From assembly GCF_001194135.2 (NCBI RefSeq), contig NC_068986.1, forward strand, positions 83,407,285-83,471,284: DNA of 64,000 nt. The letters run 5' to 3'. Below, piece after piece: positions 63,486-64,000 of this stretch. Under the pieces are notes generated by a model. It was not told where the DNA came from, ran no database searches, and was given only the letters and a program-made list of their open reading frames with translations. Source of the stretch: Octopus bimaculoides. Taxonomy: Eukaryota. Every line of letters starts with the position of its first letter. Positions within the stretch are counted from its first letter, which is position 1. Made by a program: the position numbers and the translations under genes.

Positions 63486-63614
63486 TATGTGTGTGTGCGT
63501 GTGTGTGTGTGTGTGTATACATATACATATCTACATACATACATCATACATATACATGTACATATACATGTACATATACATATGTATGTGTGTATATATA
63601 TATGTGTGTATGTT

Positions 63615-63680
<66 letters not shown>
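63486..63680. repeat. Compound TG/TACA/TA microsatellite
   Basis: Direct inspection. Confidence 0.9.
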
Positions 63681-64000
63681 CAAAAAATAAGCAACACGGA
63701 ATCAAAGGTGATTGCAGTACGCATGTTTCATGCTACTCCAATTTATTTAAGTAATGCGAGCATTACATTAAATGCAATATGAAGAGCAATCTTCAGCTGC
63801 ACGAAAATGCAGAAAATTACAGTAGAATAGACATATTATAAATGTGGCAACATTTCAGATCCAAGTGGGAGAGAGAATACATAAAAATCCAAGTGGGAGG
63901 AAGAATACATAAATCCATCTTGACATAGCCGAGTCTATCAGGCTAGTAATTGATTCTAGACAAAAGTTCTAACTGTCTCAGATTTTATTGTTTCTTATCT

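Overview
AT-rich, microsatellite- and transposon-dense animal genomic DNA with seven N gaps, most next to simple repeats. The SINE/RTE repertoire looks like an octopus (coleoid cephalopod) genome; that is inferred from repeat recognition, not from a search. The only supportable host gene is a + strand anamorsin (CIAPIN1/Dre2) homolog with six coding exons: join(4814..4973,6475..6689,11191..11347,14864..14995,22584..22699,45635..45727). This gives 290 aa, or 302 aa if the duplicated upstream exon-3 acceptor at 11155 is used. All introns are GT-AG and phase-compatible, and both Fe-S Cys motifs are present; the second is split by a 22.9-kb intron. The rest is mobile DNA: a Buster-type hAT with TIRs and an 8-bp TSD, two decayed mariners, RTE LINE remnants (one with a PHD-like finger in the RT ORF), TTAA-flanked MITEs, three tRNA-headed SINE families and many RTE-tail repeats. 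I found no clearly new multi-gene system. The best leads are a 36-nt duplication of the exon-3 splice acceptor, a minimal hammerhead-ribozyme-like motif in a 130-bp inverted repeat, the PHD-bearing RTE, a MITE carrying telomeric repeats, and a CpG-retaining segment inside intron 5.
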